A stretch of DNA of 64,000 bases from Fibrobacterales bacterium. Lineage in GTDB: Bacteria > Fibrobacterota > Fibrobacteria > Fibrobacterales > JAOPTW01. The DNA lies in the NCBI GenBank assembly GCA_051532055.1, contig JAOPTX010000032.1, positions 96,001 to 160,000 of the forward strand, read 5' to 3'. Below, one piece after another: positions 48,445-57,872 of this stretch. How positions within the stretch are numbered: position 1 is the stretch's first letter; every line of letters starts with the position of its first letter. The position numbers and the translations under genes are program-made. A model generated the notes under the pieces. The model was not told where the DNA came from, ran no database searches, and was given only the letters and a program-made list of their open reading frames with translations.

Positions 48445-50796
48445 TTATATTCCGAGTTTTAGGCCCGCATAGATCCCAAACCATCGATAGTGATCATGAG
48501 TACCCACTCGAGAGTTCAAGTAGAGATCTCCCACTGGAGATATCAAAGGATCAACATCCCTTTCAGTTATAAGCAGATTTAATGAAACCCCAGTAAACAA
48601 ACTTATATAGGGCCCAAACTTAATACCCATCCCACTTTTTAATCGAAAGAGGTTATTAAAGTCGCTCCAACTCATCGCTTCTTCTTCCTCTTCTGGAGGA
48701 TTAAATATTGCATTCCACCCAAAATCAGTTTCACTATAAAACCCTCCAAAATCATGACGATACCCATAACCCATTCCAATAAGAACGACATTCTTATTGG
48801 ATGTTATTTTTTCCGCAGCAGTAAAAGTGGTATACAGCTTTTTGCCTCCGGTGGCAAGTGTAATCAATTCTAACCCGGTCTCATCGACCCAAATATTACC
48901 ATTAAGTCGTCCATTTTTTGAATAATTGATTAACCCAATAGGATAATCACAAGAGTCTGAAATATTGATAAGTCCAATTTGTACACCTCCAACATCACCT
49001 GCTACGTTAAGGATTGATGTAACCTGATGATCAGATACATCATCTGCAATGTTTATAGCACCTGCAACCTGAGTTCCCACAACCTTATCTGAAGCATTCA
49101 TAAAACCAGCAGCCTGAAAACCTTCAACGGCATCTGAGACATTCATAAAACCCGCTGCTTGAAAACCTTCAACGGCATTTGAGACATTCATAAAACCTGC
49201 TGCTTGAAAGCCTTGGATAGGCTCCGAAACATTTATAAAACCTGCAGCCTGAAAACCGCTTATAGAGTCAGAGATATTAATAAATCCACTTCCCTGAAAA
49301 CCTACAACAGTATCTGCAGCATTGATAAAGCCAGACATCTGAAAGCCCTCTAGATTCTCAGCAATGTTCACATAACCTGCAGCCTGAAAACCTGTTACTT
49401 TTCTTGCAAGATTAACGACACCAGCTCCTTGAAAAAACTCAATATCATCTGCAATGTTAAAAACACCCCCTACCTGGATACCACCAATGTACCCCTTGTT
49501 AATATTACCTATAGCAGCGATTGATGACTCAGAAATACCACCATACGTCTCTGTAACACCAAAGTTTAGTAAAGTACCATTAAAGGGCTCATCATATCTT
49601 TTATGAAAATAGACCGTTTTAGTTGCTCGCTGCTCTAAAAATTGAGGTATTGTATCTCGAGTATCCCGTATCATAATAGTGTCATGAGTAACAACGGTGT
49701 CAACATCTGTGAGATTTGCTACTGCCCCTTCATTAGTAAGTGATACCGCACCACCTCGACTCACCGTTTGTTCTTGTTCGACTGTAGTAAAATCTCTACC
49801 ATTCACAACAATTCGTTTTCTGTATGGAATCACCACACTACTTTTTTTAAAGCGGTTATGTGCCTCAAGGCTTATACTATATTCACCAGGCTCGAGCCCC
49901 AGTTCAATACTTCTCCCACCTTGTTTACTCAACTCAGCTATAAGATACCCTTCACTATTGCGAACAAAAAGTCTGCCCGCTATATTTTCACCAAGTAAAA
50001 GCCCCGATGAAATTTCACGTACATCAGTAAAAACAACATCGCCGGTACCCGTGAGCTTCATATCATAATTAGCATGCTGTGCTCCACCACTTGTCTTCTC
50101 TGTGTTTGACAATGTCTCATTAAAGGCAAATTGGTACGCTTCACTCAACGTTACTTTTTTGTCTCCACTGATATCAGCCGCCCCTCTGAGCCCCGTTACG
50201 AGATAATGAGTAAAAAAAGAGCCACTAATCCTATCAGACTCCTGAGAAACTTCATCTCCGGCACTCGATGTGATAAAAGCATATCCTTTCATATCCGATG
50301 ACTCATCAACTAAAAATGCCTTTCGACGAAGGCCTCCTTTAAAACGAGTAATGGTCCCCGAAGCACATGCGTCAAGCACCGCGATTTTGATATCTGAGCG
50401 CATCTCATTGATTTTAGATCGAAGCTCTTTATACCCGAGAAGCTCTTCACCGAGTAATAGCCCTTTGTCATTAGCATGTCCAGAATAGTAGAGTATCAAT
50501 TCACTTTTTTGTCCTACACTTTTCACCTTGTCGATCTGACGATTTAATGAATCAAGTATGGTCAATAATTCAATACGTGTCGGTTCTTTTATAAGCTGTT
50601 GATCACTCTGTAACACACCACCCATCTGTTTCATAACACTTAAAAACGAAACAGCATCAGTTGTTGCATACCGCAAAGGAACTCGCCCTTCACCACCAAA
50701 ATTTGACCCAATCGCAAGGGCAAAACGGCGAATCTCTTTTGATTCACCGATTGTTGCAAGTACTAGAAATACTAAAAAACAGAGTACTTTATTCAT
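48445..50796 (-). CDS. Exported caspase-family (peptidase C14) protein with 15-aa surface repeats and beta-rich C-terminus
   Basis: Signal peptide; LRYATTDA, YYSGHA, LDACASG dyad, SQESD..GSFFTH; GFQAAGF.N repeats. Confidence 0.88.
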   Translation of the reverse strand: MNKVLCFLVFLVLATIGESKEIRRFALAIGSNFGGEGRVPLRYATTDAVSFLSVMKQMGGVLQSDQQLIKEPTRIELLTILDSLNRQIDKVKSVGQKSELILYYSGHANDKGLLLGEELLGYKELRSKINEMRSDIKIAVLDACASGTITRFKGGLRRKAFLVDESSDMKGYAFITSSAGDEVSQESDRISGSFFTHYLVTGLRGAADISGDKKVTLSEAYQFAFNETLSNTEKTSGGAQHANYDMKLTGTGDVVFTDVREISSGLLLGENIAGRLFVRNSEGYLIAELSKQGGRSIELGLEPGEYSISLEAHNRFKKSSVVIPYRKRIVVNGRDFTTVEQEQTVSRGGAVSLTNEGAVANLTDVDTVVTHDTIMIRDTRDTIPQFLEQRATKTVYFHKRYDEPFNGTLLNFGVTETYGGISESSIAAIGNINKGYIGGIQVGGVFNIADDIEFFQGAGVVNLARKVTGFQAAGYVNIAENLEGFQMSGFINAADTVVGFQGSGFINISDSISGFQAAGFINVSEPIQGFQAAGFMNVSNAVEGFQAAGFMNVSDAVEGFQAAGFMNASDKVVGTQVAGAINIADDVSDHQVTSILNVAGDVGGVQIGLINISDSCDYPIGLINYSKNGRLNGNIWVDETGLELITLATGGKKLYTTFTAAEKITSNKNVVLIGMGYGYRHDFGGFYSETDFGWNAIFNPPEEEEEAMSWSDFNNLFRLKSGMGIKFGPYISLFTGVSLNLLITERDVDPLISPVGDLYLNSRVGTHDHYRWFGIYAGLKLGI
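49050..49500 (-). repeat. 45-bp (15-aa) tandem repeat GFQAAGFxNxxxxxx, about 10 units
   Basis: Near-identical units at 49096-49140 and 49141-49185 (attcataaaacc.gc.gc.tgaaaaccttcaacggcat.tgagac). Confidence 0.85.
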
Positions 50797-51601
50797 TACC
50801 TCCACCTTTCATAATTGTTGTCGTATATTGAAAAAATCGCTTATCAAGACTCAAAAAGCCATTCTCTGGCGGTGGTGCACCATCTTTTTTTAACGCATCC
50901 TTTATTATCTTAACGTTAAAGGCCTCTTTGGCCGTTATAAAATAGAATCGTTCATACCGTGGCGCATCATCAAGTTCATAAGAAAAAGAGAGCGGAGTTT
51001 TAGTATTCAATATTAGTGACGCCGCATCCTCCCCCTCAATTGGTAAGTGTATTGTCACAACGCCGTTTCCATCAACGGAGGCAATCACCCCATACTTTCG
51101 ATCGGTTGAGATATAATGTATTTGAATAAGGTCACCTTGAGTAGCGCTCCCTCCATCTTCTATATAAACTGTTGCATCACTATGTTTTTTATAGAGTTCT
51201 AAATAAGGACCTAGTCCTTTGGTGCGAAGACCATCATTACCGGCATTAAAGTATACCACAACAACTGAAACTAAAATCACCATAGAAAGGACAGAAAATA
51301 GCTTTGTTATCCCCCCCCCCGATGATACCGCCACTTCAGCCTCTTGGCTTTCTTCCGCAGAAGAACCATCCGACAGGGTAACCGATTCAATTCCTGCTTT
51401 TTGTTTCACCTGGCGCAATACCCAATCTGGAGAATACTCCTCTGCAATAGAGACATCAGACTCTAACACCGCAGCTAAACGTTCACTCAAGGCGCTGTCA
51501 TACTCAAGACGATCAGTGATTGCCCGTAATTCTACTTCTGGGAGTTCTCCCAACACATACCGTTCAAGCTTCCAATGTGGCACTATCTCTTCTCTCTTCA
51601 T
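50789..51601 (-). CDS. ActD-like membrane anti-sigma factor (single TM, DUF4384-like periplasmic domain)
   Basis: WKLERYVLGELP N-terminus; one TM; RTKG; GDLIQI.Y..YGVIASVDGNG.V..HLP..SYELDDAP..ERFYFI. Confidence 0.8.
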   Translation of the reverse strand: MKREEIVPHWKLERYVLGELPEVELRAITDRLEYDSALSERLAAVLESDVSIAEEYSPDWVLRQVKQKAGIESVTLSDGSSAEESQEAEVAVSSGGGITKLFSVLSMVILVSVVVVYFNAGNDGLRTKGLGPYLELYKKHSDATVYIEDGGSATQGDLIQIHYISTDRKYGVIASVDGNGVVTIHLPIEGEDAASLILNTKTPLSFSYELDDAPRYERFYFITAKEAFNVKIIKDALKKDGAPPPENGFLSLDKRFFQYTTTIMKGGGNE

Positions 51602-52089
51602 ACAAGTACCTCCCGTAGCTCATTCACGCTCTCTTTCAGAAGTCGCAGTCGCTTGCGCACCCCTGAGACAGACATTTTAACCTCACCCGCAACCTCTTCG
51701 AGGGTCATACCATCAACATAGTGCAGTACTGCAATAGTTCTCGTTGACTCAGGCCCTCTTTGAAATATTTTATCAAGGAGCGAACGTTGTTCCAAAATTT
51801 TCTCATCATCAACACAGGCTATCATCTCAACAATTTCATCGCCAATAGCTTCGGGTCGTTTTTTATTATCACGAATTCTATTCAAGCAAAGATTGGTCGC
51901 AATACGATAGAGTAGACTTGAAGGGAATTCAATAGATAGGTTTTCCCGTTTACGAATTACTTGTACAAATACATTCTGCATAATATCCATCGCCTCGTGC
52001 TCATCTTTGAGCAATTGTTGACACCGGCGCAACACCATTGCCCCATATCGCTTATACAGCGCCTCTATATCAACTTTTTGCTCACTCAT
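51598..52089 (-). CDS. ECF sigma-70 factor
   Basis: LYKRYG..V.RRC, DIMQNVF, LYRIATNLCLN, GMTLEEVA..SVSGVRKRL. Confidence 0.92.
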   Translation of the reverse strand: MSEQKVDIEALYKRYGAMVLRRCQQLLKDEHEAMDIMQNVFVQVIRKRENLSIEFPSSLLYRIATNLCLNRIRDNKKRPEAIGDEIVEMIACVDDEKILEQRSLLDKIFQRGPESTRTIAVLHYVDGMTLEEVAGEVKMSVSGVRKRLRLLKESVNELREVLV

Positions 52090-52099
52090 TCTATCCTTT

Positions 52100-52128
52100 A
52101 GACACGGCTATTCTGCAGAAGTGTTACT
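52100..52128 (-). promoter_or_regulatory. Candidate autoregulatory ECF promoter GTAAC-N16-CGTGTCT
   Basis: Minus strand gtaac acttctgcagaatagc cgtgtct just upstream of the sigma RBS. Confidence 0.4.
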
Positions 52129-52406
52129 CAATTCGAATAAAAATGCAAAAATAGGAATTTTATGATACATACCGAAGTATTACGGCTTTTATGCATGAGA
52201 AAGCAGCTTAGTTGATTAAGTCCCCCCATTCCAATGTCGAATATTTACAGCCCATTTATGAAAACTGATCTCAACACCTCCCTATTCACCAGAATAAAGA
52301 GTTACCTTTGAGGTATACTCACGATTACATATTGGCTCTCTTTATCCATCTACATGTTAAGTAGATTGTAAAGCCAGACCATATACCCCTAACACCGGGA
52401 CTCGCT

Positions 52407-53219
52407 ATGAATACGAAAGAAGCAGAAAGCATCTATAATAAAATTTGGAAAAAACTCCAAAAAGATGCAATTCACCATATTGATAATGACCCCTTTCTTG
52501 GAGGGATGCTCCATACCCGTATTTTGACACAAAAAACTCTCGGCGACTCTCTCTCTCAGGTACTTGCCGCACAACTGGGTGACCACAATCTCCCCACTTT
52601 GCAACTACAAAACCTTTTTAATGACGTCTACTCGACACACAAAAAGGTACTTTATGCCGCAGCCTATGATATGCAAGCAGTCGTACAACGTGATCCCGCG
52701 TGTAACACTCCTTTAGAGCCACTTCTCCTTTTTAAAGGATTTCAGGCACTCCAAGCCTACCGAGCGGCAAATATTTTATGGAAAAATGGCCGTACGCTAC
52801 TTGCCCAAATATTACAATCATCAATTTCGCGCGCCTTTGGCGTCGATATTCACCCCGCTGCAACAATTGGGTATGGTATACTTATTGACCACGCCACAAA
52901 TATCGTCATAGGTGAAACAGCCAAAGTAGGCGACAACGTATCGATTCTTCACGGTGTTACTCTCGGTGGTACTGGGAAAGATGGTGGTGATCGTCACCCT
53001 AAAATTGGTGATGGTGTTCTAATATCTGCCCATGCACAATTATTAGGTAACATTAAAGTAGGCAAAAATGCCAAAATTGGTGCCGGTGCGGTGGTACTCG
53101 GCAATGTTCCAGCTCATACAACTTATGCTGGAATTCCCGCAAAAAGAGTTGGAGTACCTAATTGCGAAGTCCCTTCAATGAACATGAGTCATGACCTTAA
53201 CGATTATGCAGGGCTCTAA
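52407..53219 (+). CDS. cysE: Serine O-acetyltransferase
   Basis: RDPAC, FKGFQALQAYR, VDIHPAA, DHAT, GVTLGGTGK..DRHPKIG. Confidence 0.95.
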   Translation: MNTKEAESIYNKIWKKLQKDAIHHIDNDPFLGGMLHTRILTQKTLGDSLSQVLAAQLGDHNLPTLQLQNLFNDVYSTHKKVLYAAAYDMQAVVQRDPACNTPLEPLLLFKGFQALQAYRAANILWKNGRTLLAQILQSSISRAFGVDIHPAATIGYGILIDHATNIVIGETAKVGDNVSILHGVTLGGTGKDGGDRHPKIGDGVLISAHAQLLGNIKVGKNAKIGAGAVVLGNVPAHTTYAGIPAKRVGVPNCEVPSMNMSHDLNDYAGL

Positions 53220-54322
53220 TGTTTTTGGGCGATAAAAAATATTCACTCGATGCTATTTTTAGAATGCTTATTGGTCTTGCCCTTTTTGGTGTAGGGCTTT
53301 GGCTCCTAAACTATTTGAGCGATGTACTTATCCCTTTCGCCATAGCATTTTTACTTGCCTACATTATCAACCCTATGGTTGTTAAGGTTCAAAACAAAGT
53401 TAACCACCGGGGTGCCGCCGTCTTCATAGTGCTTATCACCCTATCAGTGATTATTACTGGAGCAACAATAGTGATCATTCCTATTTTAGCCCACGAAGTA
53501 CATCAAGCGTCAATACTCATTTCACGTCTCGTCCATGATTCAGAGATGACTCAAAAAGTGGTGAGCATCATTCCCCCTGAACTTTGGAACACTATCCAAG
53601 AGCCATTCAAAAGTGGCGACCTCTCAACAATCCTTAAGAATCGCGACTATCTTAAAGGAACACAAGAGATATTAAAACGAGTCCTCCCGGGCGCCCTTGG
53701 CATTATGGCGGGCACCGCACAAATCCTAATGGGTATTACTGGACTATTTATCATAATACTGTATCTAGTATTTTTACTCAAAGATTTTAAAAAATCAAAA
53801 GAAGAGTGGACCGCACTCCTTCCTAATCGCTACCGCATACCAATTTTAAGTTTTGTACATGACCTTGATGACGCAATGGGCACCTATTTTAGGGCTCAAT
53901 CTCATGTTGCAACTCTTGTTGGTATTCTCTTTGCAATCAGTTTTTGGGTCATTGGCCTACCAATGGGTATCCTCCTTGGACTTGCTATTGGACTTCTTAA
54001 TATGGTTCCATACCTTCAACTTATTGCGATTATTCCTGCAGTATTTCTCGCTTTTGCTGGTGCAATTGAGAGTGGTGCAAGTCCCTATCTTTCGATTGGC
54101 CTCACTCTATTAGTATTTGCCATTGTTCAAGTGATACAAGATGCAATCATCACTCCCCGCATTATGGGTAAAGTGACTGGACTAAGCCCGGCGATGATAC
54201 TTCTCTCTATCTCAGTTTGGGGTAAACTCCTTGGACTTTTAGGTCTGATCATCGCCATCCCCGCCAGCTGTCTACTACTCGCCACGTATAAGCGCCTACA
54301 AAGCAGCGACCAAACAGATTAA
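53219..54322 (+). CDS. AI-2E family transporter
   Basis: PF.IAFLLAYIINP, YFRAQ, NMVPYL, ITPRIMG..GLSP, WGKLLG.LG.IIAIP. Confidence 0.9.
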   Translation: MFLGDKKYSLDAIFRMLIGLALFGVGLWLLNYLSDVLIPFAIAFLLAYIINPMVVKVQNKVNHRGAAVFIVLITLSVIITGATIVIIPILAHEVHQASILISRLVHDSEMTQKVVSIIPPELWNTIQEPFKSGDLSTILKNRDYLKGTQEILKRVLPGALGIMAGTAQILMGITGLFIIILYLVFLLKDFKKSKEEWTALLPNRYRIPILSFVHDLDDAMGTYFRAQSHVATLVGILFAISFWVIGLPMGILLGLAIGLLNMVPYLQLIAIIPAVFLAFAGAIESGASPYLSIGLTLLVFAIVQVIQDAIITPRIMGKVTGLSPAMILLSISVWGKLLGLLGLIIAIPASCLLLATYKRLQSSDQTD

Positions 54323-54398
54323 CCCACAGTCTCAAATTCTATTTTCTCCCTCTTTTGCTACTTTTGTGGTATAATTATTTAAAACCTATGGACATACT

Positions 54399-54893
54399 AT
54401 GGATATTGAAGTTGTTGCGCTCTGTGATGCCGCTACTGAACAAGCTGGAAAATTAAATATTTTGGGTGCTTTTGATAGTATTCAATCACCTCAATTTCCA
54501 TTCGTTCATCCACAGTGTGCCTTTGTTTGTCGTATTAGGTTTAATAGAATTGAACAAGGAGAGCACTCTTTTAAACTTGACTTTGTCGATCAAGACGGAA
54601 AGTCCCTCGTACCTCCACTCGAAGCAAAAATCAATTTAAATTTCCCTAAAGGTGCAGATTCACAAGTATCAAATATGATACTCAATATGCAAGGCCTAAA
54701 GTTTGCAAAGCCTGGCAAATATCTCTTCGAACTCGCCATCAACAATCGCCAAGAGGCTTCGCTCCCCCTCCATATAAAACAGATTAACCTCCCCAAAAGA
54801 GCACAACGCCCACAACAAGGCGAAGACAACTCTCTTTTTGGTGATGATCCAGAAATCCCCGGGCATCCGGAAGGTCCTGACGACCTGAGCTAA
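54399..54893 (+). CDS. Conserved hypothetical protein (DUF6941-like)
   Basis: LCDAATEQAGKLNILGAFD..FP..HP, F..PGKY.F. Confidence 0.7.
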   Translation: MDIEVVALCDAATEQAGKLNILGAFDSIQSPQFPFVHPQCAFVCRIRFNRIEQGEHSFKLDFVDQDGKSLVPPLEAKINLNFPKGADSQVSNMILNMQGLKFAKPGKYLFELAINNRQEASLPLHIKQINLPKRAQRPQQGEDNSLFGDDPEIPGHPEGPDDLS

Positions 54894-55756
54894 TTAATAA
54901 TAAGCCCCAGCCTAAAGAGATGCAGTCGTTCCCGTGAATCATAGTAACCTGAACGACTACCATAGCTATAGCTACTATACAATGAAGGCACTACCATTTC
55001 GAAGCCATAATAAATGAAACCAATCCCAGAAGAAATTCGGTATTGATCTGAAATTACTGGATAAGCTTGTTCCTCTAGCCCATCAGTATCCGCTATCCAT
55101 CCTTTCACTTTTTTGGTTCCTTCAGCGATATACTCAAATTTGGCACACATAAATAGACCCCCATGAGCAACAACGCTTTTTTCCCAGCGCGCCCCAGTCC
55201 TTACACCAAATGACACATCCTTTTGTGACCCAGGGAGCTCTGGACTATTCTTAGAATAAACATATCCCAGGCCACTCCCATACCACTGAAATTGAACAGA
55301 TGATTTAATATTCAATTGAATTACGAGTGCATTGAGATTACTTTGCCGATACGTACCATCGTATATCTCATACGACGGGTTTGAAATGTCCTCTTGAATA
55401 CCCATAGTTGCATGAGCACTTTGATGTATCCCGTAGACTGCCACAACGCTTTTATACTTACCGAAATCAGGTCCCACAAAAACAGAATCAAAACCTATTA
55501 GCAGATTTCCGCGCCAACTATGATTTGGCAAAGCGCTTTGATTGAAGTGTGTATCATTACGAACTTCTATCATTCCACCCAAAGTAATCGAGGATAGGTG
55601 TATTTTTTTAGACAGAGAGAGTCCTAAACCTTTCTCATAAAAGAGAGATGTTTGCAATGCCCCAACAGCGCCAATTGTCGACGGTTCTTGATATAAAGAC
55701 CACCCCTGCACCACACAGCACACAACGATATTTACCATTAATACCAGTATATTCAT
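54890..55756 (-). CDS. Hypothetical exported, probably beta-barrel protein
   Basis: Signal-like N-terminus, alternating beta strands, HQSAH motif, C-terminal FRLGLIIN. Confidence 0.55.
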   Translation of the reverse strand: MNILVLMVNIVVCCVVQGWSLYQEPSTIGAVGALQTSLFYEKGLGLSLSKKIHLSSITLGGMIEVRNDTHFNQSALPNHSWRGNLLIGFDSVFVGPDFGKYKSVVAVYGIHQSAHATMGIQEDISNPSYEIYDGTYRQSNLNALVIQLNIKSSVQFQWYGSGLGYVYSKNSPELPGSQKDVSFGVRTGARWEKSVVAHGGLFMCAKFEYIAEGTKKVKGWIADTDGLEEQAYPVISDQYRISSGIGFIYYGFEMVVPSLYSSYSYGSRSGYYDSRERLHLFRLGLIIN

Positions 55757-55769
55757 ACACAATAGATAC

Positions 55770-55797
55770 AAAAAAAGCCGCCCAAAAATGGGCGGCT
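55770..55797 (-). terminator. Intrinsic terminator after HU gene
   Basis: agccgccca-aaaa-tgggcggct with a T-run on the minus strand. Confidence 0.85.
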
Positions 55798-55821
55798 CAC
55801 AAATAATATTTTTATCAAATC

Positions 55822-56124
55822 TTATTTTTTCTTAGGTCTTGCTTTAGAAGCAACTTCTTTAAGATTTGAAGAAGGCTTGAAGCCTACAGATTTAGAAGCT
55901 TTGATTTTGATCTCTTCGCCTGTTGCTGGATTACGACCTTTACGCGCAGAACGAGATTTAATAGAGAATGTACCGAAACCGATAAGCTGAACCATTCCGT
56001 CTTTTTTGATACCTTGCTCGATTGAACCGAGAACTGCTTTTAATGCTCTTTCAGCAGCAGCTTTTGATTCAAAGTTTGCATCTTTATCTTTTTGAATGAG
56101 TTCAACTAATTCTTGCTTATTCAT
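55822..56124 (-). CDS. hup: HU-family DNA-binding protein
   Basis: MNKQELV..VQLIGFGTF..RSARKGRNPATGEEIKIKAS..FKP. Confidence 0.95.
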   Translation of the reverse strand: MNKQELVELIQKDKDANFESKAAAERALKAVLGSIEQGIKKDGMVQLIGFGTFSIKSRSARKGRNPATGEEIKIKASKSVGFKPSSNLKEVASKARPKKK

Positions 56125-56206
56125 TAATACTCCTAGTTGTATATATATTTGATAGGGATTACCTAAGTCAAAGGTATTATTTTTTATTACAGTGGCAATA
56201 AAAAAA

Positions 56207-57145
56207 TTAGTTTGTTCTATTTTTTTTATCAAGCTCTAACAGCTGTAGATACAGCGCTTGAGTACGACTCATCGCAACACCCTTCTCTAAGCCCTTATTT
56301 ATAGGGTACTTATAGATGAAATCAAGCTCCATTCCCCGCCCATTCTGATAATCAAGCATCATACTTGGCTTATAGGGCTTCATGACATCAGTCTGAGTAA
56401 TCATAGTATTAATGAATGATTGTTCAACAACAACCTTTTGAGAGAATGCAGCAGCAACGGTTTCATGCATTATAGCCTCGGCCCACTCACGTGATTCAGT
56501 GGTATCCATCATTGTTCGTGTATCTCCATAAAGTACTGATAGCCCGTTAAATGGCATATTCCATACGAGCTTTTTCCAGCGGGCTAATCGCAAATCATCA
56601 CTTGCGGTTACCTGAATACTAGCTGCCTTAAAGTTTTCGACAATAGTTAAAAATCGATTACTCGGCTCACTGAGAGGAGATGACAGGTAATATTCTCCCA
56701 GCATAACTCCACCATAATCAAGATGGTGTATATGACCTGGCCCGATTTTATTCGAACAAATAAAACAGAGCCCCCCCATAATATGGGCCTCTGGAATATA
56801 CTGGGCTACTGCTTCTTCACCACCAAGACCATTTTGCATAAGGACTATGGTCTGCTCGGAATGATACAAATAAGGGAGTATTTCTTCCAATAGATAATTC
56901 TGAGTAGCCTTAAGCGCAACAAGGAGCACATCTACTTTTGGAATATCTTCAAATGAATGATAGCACTGAACAGGCAGAATATGCATATCACCATCAATAG
57001 AGTCAACACGTAACCCTTGTGAAGATACTTCATCATAATCGCTATGTAACAGAAAATGCACATCAAAACCGGCATGGGCCAGCTTGCCACCATAGTAGCC
57101 ACCAACCGCACCAGTTCCAATTACAGCATAAGAGAGTGAAGGCAT
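56207..57145 (-). CDS. panE: 2-dehydropantoate 2-reductase family
   Basis: GTGAVGGYYG, MQNGLG, WKKLVWN.PFNG, PSMMLD..ME. Confidence 0.85.
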   Translation of the reverse strand: MPSLSYAVIGTGAVGGYYGGKLAHAGFDVHFLLHSDYDEVSSQGLRVDSIDGDMHILPVQCYHSFEDIPKVDVLLVALKATQNYLLEEILPYLYHSEQTIVLMQNGLGGEEAVAQYIPEAHIMGGLCFICSNKIGPGHIHHLDYGGVMLGEYYLSSPLSEPSNRFLTIVENFKAASIQVTASDDLRLARWKKLVWNMPFNGLSVLYGDTRTMMDTTESREWAEAIMHETVAAAFSQKVVVEQSFINTMITQTDVMKPYKPSMMLDYQNGRGMELDFIYKYPINKGLEKGVAMSRTQALYLQLLELDKKNRTN

Positions 57146-57166
57146 TCCTTTACTCGATTGCGTGGT

Positions 57167-57655
57167 TTATTTACCACAACACTTTTTGAATTTTTTTCCA
57201 CTACCACATGAACAAGGGTCATTACGACCGACTCTTTCCTCATCACGGATAAATGTCTCTTGCTTGGCAGATTCGCCATCAAAGAAGTACCAGATATCAT
57301 CTACTTTTTTAAAAGTACTGATCTCACCATGGTTTTGAACTTTTCCCCGCTGTTTATAACGAGCAAGAAATGAGACATATCCAATATCATCAGCCGCTTC
57401 ACCTTTATCGGTAGCGGTAATTTTAAGGTCAATCCACTCAGAATTTTGGGACCAATCTTTAATCTCATTTTCGTTAAATTCACTTTTTTTCTCTGGGTGA
57501 ATTGTTTTCATAATATACTTCACATCTGCTTTTGTAAAAGCAGTATAGCGAGAACGAAGAAGCGCTTCTGGTGTAGGAGCCTCTTTTTCACGATTAAGAT
57601 AGGGTTCGCAACATGCAGTATATTCGAGTTCAGATCCACAAGGGCAGAGTGACAT
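57167..57655 (-). CDS. ychJ: YchJ family SEC-C motif protein
   Basis: [42 protein letters not shown]. Confidence 0.9.
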   Translation of the reverse strand: MSLCPCGSELEYTACCEPYLNREKEAPTPEALLRSRYTAFTKADVKYIMKTIHPEKKSEFNENEIKDWSQNSEWIDLKITATDKGEAADDIGYVSFLARYKQRGKVQNHGEISTFKKVDDIWYFFDGESAKQETFIRDEERVGRNDPCSCGSGKKFKKCCGK

Positions 57656-57785
57656 GAGAGTACCTTTTTAAGATGTTTGAGTGGAGTAAAAATAATAATT
57701 AGTGCTCTTTAAACTCAAGTATTGTGATGAAAAACCATCCTAATAGGCCATATAAATACGGTATTAAAGGGTATGAGCGTGCTAT

Positions 57786-57813
57786 AATTCAAAATTCAAA
57801 ATTCAAAATTCAG
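57786..57813. repeat. Heptamer tandem repeat (AATTCAA)x4
   Basis: aattcaa aattcaa aattcaa aattcag in the ychJ/rsmG divergent spacer. Confidence 0.85.
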
Positions 57814-57872
57814 AATTTGCATCAATTTGCTACATTATAAGACTGAATCTCTTACTCAGTACAGTAGTTATT

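Noticed and set aside
49050..49500. CRISPR-like periodic repeats
   Set aside because: The 45-bp period is an in-frame protein repeat with synonymous variation; there are no unique spacers and no cas genes.
55822..56232. Extended N-termini given by the ORF track for HU (also adk, porin and the 7319 lipoprotein)
   Set aside because: Homology, signal peptides and RBS positions support the downstream starts used here.
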